Below are positions 10,985 to 22,629 of a DNA stretch of 64,000 nt, one piece after another. The stretch lies in the NCBI GenBank assembly GCA_043228905.1, contig JBHGNT010000018.1, positions 7,192,001 to 7,256,000 of the forward strand. Reading direction: 5' to 3'. Position numbers and translations under genes: made by a program. Each line of letters starts with the position of its first letter. The stretch's first letter is position 1. The notes beneath the pieces were generated by a model that saw only the letters and a list, made by a program, of their open reading frames with translations, had not been told where the DNA came from and ran no database searches. Source of the stretch: Azolla caroliniana. Lineage: Eukaryota > Plantae > Polypodiophyta.

Positions 10985-11534
10985 TGTTGGGAATATGTCC
11001 CTCCAGTGGGAGGATGATCCGACTATTCGGAAAGCCGACAATCGAAGAGTCGGAAAACAAGAGCCGAGTATATGAGGAATTGTGTATATAGCCAACTTGG
11101 GAGATTATATTTGTAAATAGTCTGAATGAGTGCGCCCCATGAGGGCTATGTATGTAAATAACCAGAAAGTTGCGTAAGTGTATATGCAACTAGGGCAAAC
11201 TTATAGAAAACATAAGTTAGTGAAAAATAGAGATTAGAGTGATGAACAGAGTAGAATAGAGTGTGTGCGAGCCGTGCCATAACTATGTTTGTAATAGCAG
11301 ACGCGAAGAGCCCTGTGTGGCTGATACACTCGACAGAGTGTTGTAATCATCTCTAGTGTATATCCACTATTTGGATAGTGAAGTTCTATTCCCGTGGTTT
11401 TCCCCGTTTTAGGGTTTCCACGTAAATCTCTGTGTACATCTGTTTATCTTGTCTTTTCTGGCATTTCTGTGTGATTCGTATTTTAGCGCGTAGTTCCTTC
11501 ATTGTGATTTATATTCCGCAACGATTTCTCAGCA
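10985..11534 (+). mobile_element. Solo LTR K (550 bp), Copia type, distantly similar to LTRs of E/H
   Basis: TGTTGGGAA...TTCTCAGCA, 5-bp TSD GGATT on both sides, motif gtggttttcccc...gggtttccacgt shared with H. Confidence 0.88.
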
Positions 11535-11889
11535 GGATTTGCTAGATCTGTGAGCTTTGTCAATTAGTCTTCAAGGCTCTACATTTGGATTTTACGACCA
11601 TAATCGTAACCATAGTTGTGGGCTAATTAGTAAGGATGAAGGCTAAGGATTGAGTTATCTCAATCTTACAGTGGGAGAAAACTTTGGAGTGTTCAATCAC
11701 TTGACTACTTTTTATAAGAAAAGCAACCAGGTGTGAAACACGCAAGGGCCTAGGGTTTGAGCCCATATAAGAAGGTTAGCTACCTTTGTGAAAGGGGATC
11801 TCTTAATCTTTATTTTTTTGAGATAGAGAGTCCAAAATTGTTTGATTGCTTGTTAAGTTTGAGATTACAATTCTCAATTTGGCAAGTTT

Positions 11890-12525
11890 TGTCATGTTAT
11901 TTGACACCAAGAAATGTGTTCCTACTCTCTAGACAACATGGGTTCGATACCCAATCACTGGATACTCTTCACCAAAGGATTGTGGTAGGAGGGATGGTAA
12001 TAAATAGATTACAAGTAAATTAACTAGCCAGATCGACTATCACAATTTGGTTACAAGCACAGAAGGATTCAACTATAGCCGAATCAGCTAACACACTCAA
12101 CATAGTTCGAATCGGCTCCACCACCGATCGGCTAATAGCAACACAAAAACTGAGTACTTGATTAAGAATTAACACATATATCAATGAACACAAAGGCTTT
12201 AATCACATATATCAATGAACACAAAGGCTACGGTATACACAAAGCTCTTTAGTATTAAACTCACAATATACAATTGTTTATGTACAAGGTTCATGCCCCT
12301 TTTATAGGTAAACATGTAGTGTTACAAGTTATAACGCCAAATCGGATTGACACATCCTTTTGGATCGACACATCCTTTTGGTTCTTGCTGAGCCATCTCA
12401 TCGTCATCCGCATTCGGCTCTACTTGTGCCATCGACACCTGTTCTTGTTGCTCTCCTTCCCTCAACTGATTGTTTTCGGCTTCTTCCTTTGGCATCTCCT
12501 GATTCGACTGCTCGTCCTCTCTTGG
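11890..12525 (-). mobile_element. Element J: probable 3' LTR (11890-12352) plus end of internal region, interrupted by Copia C
   Basis: TGTCA...TGACA termini, TATA-like CTATAAAAG on minus, acidic ORF end running into the LTR. No second LTR in the window. Confidence 0.5.
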
Positions 12526-12799
12526 TGTAGAATTAGGCAACTATACAAATAGTGAATGATTGCTAGAGAGAGAGATCACACATACACAAAATTGTTCTAT
12601 ATTGATTGTATTATGTTACATTAGCCAAATGGCTTGTTTGTAGAGACGATGGACAAAAAGTTATGTCTCTTCAATGAAGAGTTTTATCTAAAGTTTAATA
12701 ATAAATAACTCTTCGTAATTACTTAAATATTTCTAATTAATAATAATATAATTTTTAGGTTAAATATTTCCACAACCCCCCTTAAGCTAAATATTATTT

Positions 12800-14685
12800 T
12801 ATTCAAAAGTATTGTCGTTCGAAGAATAGTTTGCCATTGTTAGACCAATCTTTCAGCAACAAGCGATATGCTTTGTTTGAGGTACTGGATTTGTTAGAAA
12901 ATTGGCCCATATTAGTGTTGTGGACACATACTTCAAATCTAGCTTCACCTCTTTGATTAAGTCTCGTAGAAAGTGATGCTTGAAAGAGACATGTCGAATA
13001 TTATCACTCATTTTCGGATTACAAGCTAACTTTATACATGATTGATTATCACAATGAAGGATTAGTGTTGAAGTCTTAAACAAGTTAAGTTCTTCAAGTA
13101 TGGAACGAATCCATATTCCTTCTTTTGCAGTGAGTGCGGCAGCTACATATTCGACTTTCGTTGAAGGTAGTGCGACCGTTGTTTGCTTCTTAGACCTCCA
13201 TGCTATAGCGGCTTCGGTGAGACAATATACGAAGCCACTTGTCGACTTACGACCATCAATATCTCCCCCTAATCTGAGTCTGTCCAACCAGACAGTTGTG
13301 ATGGATTGGTGTCCATCCTTCAAGCTTCATGTTGATGGACTTTGATTGCAATATGGAGTAAGTTAACACCATATCTTTTGTTCGTTTTAGGTAATGTAGG
13401 AGTCGTTTTAATGCTTGCCAATGTTTTGGTCTGAGATCCTGCATAAATCTTGAAAGAATTCCAGGTGTGAAACATAAATTGCGACGTGTACAACTAACAA
13501 GGTAGCGTATACATCCAAGAATTTTCTTGTAAGGAACATTGAGCATTTCATCTCGTTCTTTGATTGTTCTAGGAGCATTTTCGATTGATAATTTGCATGG
13601 AGTTGACATGGGTGTAGAGATAGGCTTGCAATGTAGCATGTCAAAACGTTTTAATACACTTTCAATGTATTGAGTTTGGGAAAGAGAAATGGTTCCTTTG
13701 GTACGATCTCTTTGAAGGTTCATTCCAAGGAAATACTTCATTGGACCAAGGTCAATTACTGGAAAAGCTTGTTGAAGTTCCTTCTTCGCAAGTTGTAGAT
13801 ACGCGAGTGAGTTGGCAAGTAGAGGTAAGTCATCGACATAAACACCGATTATGATGAAATTATTCTTAGCTCTTTTAATGTATACATTTGGTTCATTCTT
13901 TAATCGTTTATAACCATGGTTAGTTAGAAAATTATGAAGGCGATGATACCAAATTCGTGGAGATTGTCGTAGACCGTATAAGGATTGATGTAGACGACAT
14001 ATAACATTTGGTTGAGTTGAATCTTCAAAATGTGGTGGTTGTTGCATATAGATCTCTTCTTCAAGTTCTCTATGAAGGAAAGCGGTTTGAACATCTAAGT
14101 GATGGAGTTCCAAATCAAGTTCGACGGCGAGAGAGACGAATATGTGAAACGTGATACTTCGCAATGTAGGGCTAAATGTATCTTTGAAGTCGATTCTGGG
14201 TATTTGTGAAAAACCACAAGCTACGAGACGAGCTTTGATATGTATAATATTTCTAGTAGCATCGGTCTTCTTCCGAAGAACCCACTTACAACTAACAATT
14301 TGTCGATTAGGTGGAAGTTCGACAAGACTCCAAGTTTTGTTCTTCATTAAGGCTGTCAACTCTTCTTCCATGGCTGCTCTCCATTTCGGGCCATCGGTAC
14401 TGGACAATGCTTCTCGAATGGTAATAATTAACTCATTTGTGGTATCCGGTTCTTCTTCAACTATGAGGGCGTCCATATCAAGGTCCACAAAGTGTGCCTC
14501 GAATTGGTCGAGTTCCTTATAGATATCGGTCAAGGAGCGCGTACGGTGAGGTGGTGAGTCGTCATCAGATGAGTTTGAATAGTCTTGCGAGGGTTGTGAT
14601 TTTGAGTTGGTTGAATAATCACTAGTGACATAAGGTGAGTGAAGATGAAATGGTGGAATGATTTGAAGGGTTTGGGACATTTCAA
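12800..14685 (-). pseudogene. Copia C reverse transcriptase / RNase H
   Basis: KARLVACGFSQ, HLDVQTAFL, SLYGLRQSPR, YVDD, STSG, CDNQS motifs; frameshift near 13290. Confidence 0.92.
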
Positions 14686-15293
14686 TGTTATTGGTTTTAG
14701 GATTAGGGTTAATGATGATAATGATAAATATAGGAATAGGGTTAACAATCATGGTAGATTGATAATGTATGTGTGATGATGATGGTGAGAGATCATGACG
14801 TGCATCAAGAATCATTGCCCATCGTTGTGATGATGGAGATAAGCATTGTAGAATGGTGGAGATGGTGAATGGTATGATGGTGAGAGAGAACATATAGAGA
14901 AGCATTGCGGGGTGGGGGGTGGTGCCTAGAATGGCTCCACCCCCCTCCCAAGGGGGTTCAACGTTGAGGGGAAGAGAGAGAGAGAGAGAGAGAGAGATGA
15001 AAAGAGAGATAGAGAGAAATGATTCCTTTTTCATTCATTCCCCATAAGGGGGTTAAATAGTACAAGAGGGGGTAGATACAAAGGGGTGTAAGCCCCCTAG
15101 AGGATTCATACTGGACACTCACTCACACCTCCTCGTATCCATCCACATGCACACACATGTGCATGTGTTCACATACGTATCGACTCACAATTACATTTAT
15201 GCCCCCTACACACACACAACAATCATCATGATAACATTTGACCCTCATTCATCACATTGACTCTCCGTACATCTCGTACGGGGTAACACAATA

Positions 15294-15309
15294 TGGCACG
15301 CCCGTGGGA
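15294..15309 (+). promoter_or_regulatory. PBS-like site, tRNA-Arg(TCT)-type
   Basis: TGGCACGCCCGTGGGA, 5 nt from the left LTR; recalled tRNA complement is TGGCACGCCC(A/G)GTGGGA (one gap). Confidence 0.7.
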
Positions 15310-17530
15310 AAGTGCCTTGCACGTCGATCCCACATGCCTTGATGATGATATTTCTTCAACCGGAACTTCCATCGGTCTCTTCAACAATCGACTCCCTCGA
15401 TCGGAGTGCTTGACTCGAACCTCTTTGTCGGTCAGCAAATCTTTCCGCGACACAAACATTCTCGTTCTGTCGGCTTACGAACTTCGTCATGGGTCTAAAA
15501 TCATGTCGTATGAATGTGTGTTCTTCCTTTGTTTTGAGTGTGTGTGAGTAGTCTTGGGGATTTTCACAATTCTAGTGGTGCCCTCTTGTTTAAAAAAAAT
15601 TATATTGTACCCTTATGTTTATGAAATCTTTGTGAATACCCTTTATGTTTTTAAAATTTTGACAATGCCCTCAGGTTTTTGGAAATTTGTCGGATGCCCT
15701 CATTGTTTAGAAATTTCTTGGATGCTCTTTTATCATTCTCTTTTTCCCTCATTTTTCTGTTTTTGTCTTTTCTTTTTCTTGCTCTTGTATCTCTGTCTCT
15801 CTCGTGCTCGCGTCTGTCTCTCTATGCCTTTCTCTTCTTCTATTTTCTTCTTTCTCTTCTTCTTTTTCTCTCTTATGCCACTGCTGCCTCTCTTTCCTCT
15901 TTCTTCTCTGCTTCTTCTCTTTCCCTTCTTCTGCTTCTGTCTCTTCTCTGTCTATCCATGTTTCTTTTGTCTTTCTCTTCTTGATCTATTTCTTCTTGTT
16001 TCTTATTCTCTGTTTCTCACAGTCTTTTGCTTTTGCTTGCTTCCTCTTTATCCTTGCCTTGTAGGCATCGTTTGCTGTTCTTCCTCTGCCCCTCGGCGGC
16101 ATGTCCAACGTTGTCGTCATCAGTTTTCTATCGTTGCCGTCCATCTCTATTTGGCCCGTCCGGGCACCGCCACTTCATCCGGCCGCGACTTCGACATTGT
16201 TTTTAGTCCCGTTCATTCCGGCTGGATGTCCGGCAGCCGCTTCCCGTTGTCACTATCTATCATTGTCCTTCCGTCGTGGTCGTCTTGCGTCTTGTCCGCT
16301 ATTCAACCTACGGTTTGGCCACAACTTTTGAGGTCTCCGGCTCTTTAGGTCTCTGTCTTGGCCGCTGTCTGGCCTCGTGCGTTTGTTTTGCCCGTCCGGT
16401 CCGGCTGCGTCGATTTTGATACCGTTTGGCCACTCCAGCCAGCCCCTTCGATGGCTCTTCGGTCGCTCTCTGGTTGACGCTTTTCCGGCCTCTCCTCCAT
16501 CTCAGTCGGTGTTGCCATTTTGGATGTAGTTGACTGCTCTTCCGCTCCTATCCAACCACACCGACTTCTCTTTCGCTGCTGTTCGTAGCTTTTTTTTTTT
16601 TTTTTTTTCGTCGTCATTCTCAATGAACGTTCTGCCGCCATTCGGCGTCGTCATTGTATTCCGGCCGTCGTTGTCGCTATCGTGTCGGTTCCGTCATCGT
16701 CCGACACCATCCATCGTCTTCCGCTCGTGCGTGTGCGTCCGGTCCGTCGTCCCGGGGGCCTGTCTGCTTCCCCGGCCTTGTCTGGCTGCTCCAGCCACTG
16801 TCCGGCAATTTCGACCAGTTTCCGGCCCTTCTGACTGCTTTTTCCGTTGTCTAGCTCAACTAGCCATGTCTGTCCGGTCCATCTCCAGATGTCTGGCTCG
16901 CTGGCCTTGTCGGCCCTACTGTCTTCTGGTTGCGTGTCCAGTCCGTCCGTCTGTGTTGTCCCATCCTATTGTGTCTTGTGTCTTTTTGGTCGCCTTTGTC
17001 TAGTGCATCCGGCCATATCTTTCTGGCACTGTTGGTTGATGTCTGGTTTGCGTCTGCATCTCCATCTCCGTCTTCTTTGACCCTTCGGTGTTAACCGACT
17101 TGGGTTTTGGTTCCGATTCCGGTTCCGACTGTCTGCGCGTTTCTTCTTCTGGAACCATTGCCCGTGCATTCTCAGCACATCCTGCCGGTATCCGCTCCAC
17201 ACACTGCGACTTTCTCCGCAGTCTCCTGGTGGGCTTGTCTTTCCGGTTGTGTTGGCACCGGTTCCCTCTGTGTTGCTGTTTGTCCAGCCGTGCATCTTGC
17301 ACCACACTTTTGAGAACACGCACATTGTCGCTAACCACTTTCGGAAACACACACATGGACATTAATCGCAACCTCGCACAAACATTGTTGTCATTCATGC
17401 ATTCCTCCATAAACTTCCTCCAACATCTTCATTGTCATTTTCGCGTTTCGCCATTTCTTGCACTTAGTTGCTATGGCTTGCACATCCGCGTATCATTCTT
17501 CGACTCCGTTTCCAAAGGGGGGTCGCCTTA

Positions 17531-17540
17531 GTGGTCGCCA
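17531..17540 (-). promoter_or_regulatory. PBS-like site, tRNA-Arg(TCG)-type, on the opposite strand
   Basis: Minus strand TGGCGACCAC, 5 nt from the right LTR; recalled tRNA-Arg(TCG) end is ...TGTGGTCGCCA. Confidence 0.6.
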
Positions 17541-18148
17541 AAAGGTGTTATTGGTTTTAGGATTAGGGTTAATGATGATAATGATAAATATAGGAATAGG
17601 GTTAACAATCATGGTAGATTGATAATGTATGTGTGATGATGATGGTGAGAGATCATGACGTGCATCAAGAATCATTGCCCATCGTTGTGATGATGGAGAT
17701 AAGCATTGTAGAATGGTGGAGATGGTGAATGGTATGATGGTGAGAGAGAACATATAGAGAAGCATTGCGGGGTGGGGGGTGGTGCCTAGAATGGCTCCAC
17801 CCCCCTCCCAAGGGGGTTCAACGTTGAGGGGAAGAGAGAGAGAGAGAGAGAGAGAGATGAAAAGAGAGATAGAGAGAAATGATTCCTTTTTCATTCATTC
17901 CCCATAAGGGGGTTAAATAGTACAAGAGGGGGTAGATACAAAGGGGTGTAAGCCCCCTAGAGGATTCATACTGGACACTCACTCACACCTCCTCGTATCC
18001 ATCCACATGCACACACATGTGCATGTGTTCACATACGTATCGACTCACAATTACATTTATGCCCCCTACACACACACAACAATCATCATGATAACATTTG
18101 ACCCTCATTCATCACATTGACTCTCCGTACATCTCGTACGGGGTAACA

Positions 18149-20180
18149 TTCAAGAGTATATATTGATTAAAGTTCGAGAAATTTGATAAAGAGAGTGGTA
18201 AAGTGTTTAGTGTATTTAAACGTGGTGAAAGCGAGGTTGATGTAGGTGAAAGCGAGGTTGATGTAGCGGATGTGTTTGTGAGGCTATGTAAATGTGGAGA
18301 GTTGGATGGTGTGAAACCAATATCAAGATTTGGGTGAGTGTAGTTAGTTAGTTTAGGTTGGGTGGTTCTTTTAAGTTGGTTGGTTAGTTTTAAAGGTGTA
18401 TTTTCTATTTTACTTTTATTTTTATTAACTTTAAATTTAAAAGGTTGGTTTTTTTATGTAGACACAGTCGAACATGAGGAGTTCTTGGAGCAGAGAAGAT
18501 GGGAGGAGATGCAAGGGGTCGATGTGCAAGAGAGATCGGAGGAGGTGAAAGGGTTAGAGGTAGTGGCTGATCATCATGAATAAAAGGGCGAGGGATTACT
18601 ACATAACGATCAACAACATCAGGGATGTCATCAAAGTGAGAGGCGACGATGATATTGGAGGCTTTCTTCGATCGATTGCTAGCGGCAATAACAGCGGTCG
18701 CAACATTCTTTTGCTAGTGCGGCGATTATCATCATCAATGCTGTTGTGTTGGTGGCAAAAGGCGTTTGGGAGGTGGTGGTCGTCAATAGTAGGGATGTTT
18801 TGTTGGCGAGTGATGGTGACAACAACGGAAGTCAGCAATGGTGTTGTTTTGTTGGTGGCAGAAGTCGATGGCATTGGTGGCGGCAACGCTGTTTGGAGGG
18901 CAACAGACATAATAAGCAACGCTACTGTGTGGGCGGTAGAAGGCGGCGACGACGGTTCTGTTTGGAGGACGGCGTACGTCAGCGGTAATGTTGTTATGAG
19001 ATTGGCGAACAATGGCGGCATCATCTTCTAATTGTTCACCTCCTTCACGAGTATCATTTTTACAGTTATGTGTTGGTGTTGTAGATTTAAGAAAAGGTGA
19101 CTCATCAAATTTGACATTTCGACTATAAAAGAAGGTGTTCTTGGTTGGGTTGAATAAACGGTAAGCTTTGTAGCCGTTTGCATCTTCGTATCCAACAAAA
19201 ATTGCTTTTCTAGCTCTTTGTTCTAACTTGGATCGTTTTCAACAGGAACGAAGGCGTATGCAAGGCAACCAAAATTTTTAAGATATTGCATATTTGGTTT
19301 TATTCTGAACCATAACTTGTATGGTGTGATTAACCCAAGTGTTCAATGATAGTGGAGATAACATGTTGTTGCGACAACTTCATCCCAAAATGAGGGCAAG
19401 AGTGATGGTAGGCTCAACATGCTCCGGGCCGAATTAAGGAGTGTTCGATTATTTTGTTCGGCGAGACCATTTTGTTGTGGTGTCGAAGGAACATAAATTT
19501 GTTGTAAAATTCCATGGTGTTTACAAAATTTTGTAAACTTGTTAGATGTATATTCTCCTCCTTCGTCAGATTGTAGACATTTCAATTGTAGATTTAGTTG
19601 CTTTTCTGTTAGTGATTTGTAGTTCCTAAAATCAATGAAAGCTTGGTCTTTGTTTTTGAGGAATGTTAGTAACGTAAACCTTGTATAATCATCGACGAAA
19701 CTAATGAAATATTTTGATTTTAAAAGTGATTGAGTTGGGAATGGACCACATATGTCACTATGGACGACTTCTTCGCGAATTACTTGTAGGAAGTTTTGAT
19801 GATGCCATTTTGTCGAACAAGCATGCCTCACATAAGACAATTTTGCAAAGCATATCCTTTGGGACTCCTTGAGCGAGCTTGTGAGTTTGGAGTGTTTGCA
19901 TAGCAGCAAGGTGTGGATGTCCGAGTCGATAGTGCCAAAGTAAGACGAGTTCTTGTTGTCTTTTGATTTCGGTTGTGTGAACTTCGATTTTTTATTGGGT
20001 TGTTGGATGTACCCTAATTGGATATAACCCTTGTCTTTTGCAGGAAATTCATACTGTGAGACCATTTGGTAGAAGGTGACGAATCACGATTTGGTTATGA
20101 TGGAACTCGATGATGGCTCCATTCAAAGTTGCTTGACTTATCAAGAGGAGGTTCTTGGTGATACTAGGCACGTGGTGCAC
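18149..20180 (-). pseudogene. Copia C integrase and low-complexity INT-RT linker
   Basis: VHSDICGP, FVDDYTR, SDEGGEY, PQQNGLAE motifs; frameshifts. Confidence 0.9.
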
Positions 20181-20699
20181 TGAGAGGAATAGAACTCGGC
20201 CACAACCGAGTCTCAAACACTCAATGGAAGAAAACAAGAAAAATAGAAAGTAAAGTGACACAAGATGTTAACGTGGAAAACCCTGAATGGGGAAAACCAA
20301 TGGAGCTCACAAACTCCAACTATCACTATGAGAGGAAGGGTACAAAAAAGACTCATAGGCAACGATCTCGGGCTCTATACCTTCGCCAACCGACGGTTAC
20401 AACAGAAAGGCTTTCTGTATCTCTCTCTCTACCTCCCCCCCCCTCTCTCTCTATGTACAATGATAACAACTACAATAAACTACCACACTTAAACGTGATT
20501 GCCCTAAGTCATATTTATACTTATATGACTTTATGGATATTTACAAATATAGCCATGATAGACACATCAAAAACATATTTATATATATGTCCATGTATCT
20601 GGTTCATCCCAGATCCATCCGAATACCTTCCGGATCTCATCCAGAGGGACCAAAATCCTAACAAGCTCCCCCTTCACTCTGGCATGGGATGTCTTGCCA

Positions 20700-22212
20700 A
20701 TCCGATCCGTCTCCTGCCAACATCTAGCTTGTTGGCTGATAACACTTTGGTCAGCATGTCCGACCCGTTCTCCTCTGTGTGGATCTTCAACAACGTGACG
20801 TCTTGATCTTCTACTCTCTCCCGGAGCGAATGGTACCTATGCTAGATGTGCTTCGTCCTAGAGTGGTAGGCCGTGTTCTTCGCGAGATAGATGGCACTTT
20901 GACTATCGCAGTAGAGACAGAAATCATCCTGTCGGATCCCTAACTCTGCGATGAAGTCCTTCATCTAGATTACCTCTTTACCGGCTACTACGGCCGCCAT
21001 GTACTGTGCTTCCGTTGTCGATAGTGCAACGAACTTCTGCAACCTCGATTGCCACCATATGGCTCCCCCTCCATATGTCATAACACATTAGGAAGTTGAC
21101 CTACTGGTATCCGCATCAATTGACATATCTGAATCCGTGAATCCTTCAAGTTGGGGTTTACTTGAGCCGAATCGGAGGCACATACTCGAGGTGCCTTTCA
21201 ATTATTGGAGTATCTTCTTGACTGCGGATTGCTCATGAACCGACTGACCACTCCGACAACATATTTGATATCCGGCCGGGTACACACCATTACGTACATC
21301 AAGCTTCTGATGGTAGAGGCATATGATATCTTCATCATGTTTAACTTCTCTGTCTTGGTCTTCAAACTTTGCTTTCCAGACAACTTGCAATTTGTAGGAA
21401 GTGTTGACACGACCGGCTTGGCATTAGACATGCTGAACCGTTGAAGCACCTTTGTCACGTACTTTTCCTGTGACAGCCACAACAACTTCTTCATCCGGTC
21501 CTGGACTATGTGCATCCCCAATATCTGTCTCGCTGGACCTATATCTTTCATTGCGAATAACTGGCTCAAAGCCTTCTTCACCATTCCGATTTTGATACGG
21601 TCTCGTCCTACGATCAACATGTCATCCACATACAACAATAGTATAAGGAAGTCTCCTCTGTTGAACTTCTTCACAAATACATATTGGTTGGCCTGCATCT
21701 TGTGGTATCCTTGATCAGTCATGAAGGACTCAAACTTCCGGTACCATTACCGGGGAGCTTCCTTCAGTCCGTATAAGCTCTTCTTCAACCGGCATACCAG
21801 GTGCTCCTTCCCTTTCTTAACAAATCCTTCCGGTTGTTGCATGTAGATCTCTTCTTCGAGGTCGCAATGTAGGAACACAGTCTTGACGTCTAGTTGCTCT
21901 ACCTCGAGGTCCATGCTTGTTGTTATGCTCAACACCGTCCGGATGGATGTCATCTTCACTACTAGGGCAAAGATCTCATTGAAATCCACTCCTTTCATCT
22001 GCTGGAAGCCCTTCACCACAATGCGGGCCTTATACCTTGGTGGATTTCTAGCGTCTCCCGGTTTCAGCTTGTACACCCATTTGTTCCAGAGCGTTCTCTT
22101 TCCTTTCGGCAACTCCGTCAATTCATATGTTTGGTTCTAATGTAGGGAATTCATCTCGTCCTGCATGGCACTTAACCACTTGCGGCTGTTGGTGTGTTTC
22201 TTCACTTCTTCG
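20700..22212 (-). pseudogene. Copia E RT / RNase H
   Basis: KARIVVKGF, QLDVKTVFLH, KKSLYGLK, LLYVDDML motifs; stops. Confidence 0.9.
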
Positions 22213-22629
22213 TGTCAAGAGTAATACTAAGACAGAGATGTACTGTTAGGAACAATACTAAAACAGAGAAGGAATTAGTACTAAAAGATGAGGATTAGTA
22301 CTAAGGGAGGTGTAGAACTCTCGAGAGAAGGAGAGAGTGAGTGAGTGAGTGAGTGAGAGAGAGAGAGAGAATGAGGATAACAAAAGATATATATTATGTT
22401 AAGGGAATATACAATAGTAGCTAGGAGGCTTAAGATTGGCGTTGAACCGATTTGGTTCGAAATAATGCCTTGTGCTTCCTCCTATAGTGTTCTCAAGAGT
22501 ACTCCTGAAGTTTCTAGAATATTCCAGAGAAATCTGGAATATAAATCAATCTTCTATAGTAAAACCTAAATGAAAATAATAACCTTCGTATTACAACATA
22601 TAGTCTAATGGTCAAAAGCTCGACCTTCG

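Larger units (their letters stand above)
6600..11880 (-). pseudogene. Highly decayed Copia-like pol remnant(s), host of the MITE and solo LTR K
   Basis: Scattered remnants only: PMYH-like RNase H motif near 6745, CEHC and H-D-like integrase motifs near 9420-9520. Boundaries not resolvable. Confidence 0.35.
14686..18148. mobile_element. Element D: very young non-coding LTR element (LARD/large-TRIM-like) with tRNA-Arg-like sites at both internal ends
   Basis: LTRs 14686-15288 and 17546-18148 (603 bp, no differences seen), TGTTA...TAACA, perfect TSD TTCAA. No gag/pol motifs. Internal region strongly pyrimidine-rich on +. Confidence 0.93.

Noticed and set aside
11938-11952. B-box-like GGTTCGATACC in LTR J
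   Set aside because: No A box at tRNA spacing, and it lies at the U5 end, so it is not counted with the Pol III cassettes.
14910-14962. Possible A/B box in the D LTR (TGCCTAGAATGG...GGTTCAACG)
   Set aside because: Poor consensus and only ~20 nt spacing. Better explained as a G/C stem-loop.
15554-17531. Many overlapping Phe/Leu/Ser-rich plus-strand ORFs in D (and 27714-29297 in D2)
   Set aside because: The A-poor strand lacks stop codons. No recognisable domain, and frames are not conserved in the middle region.
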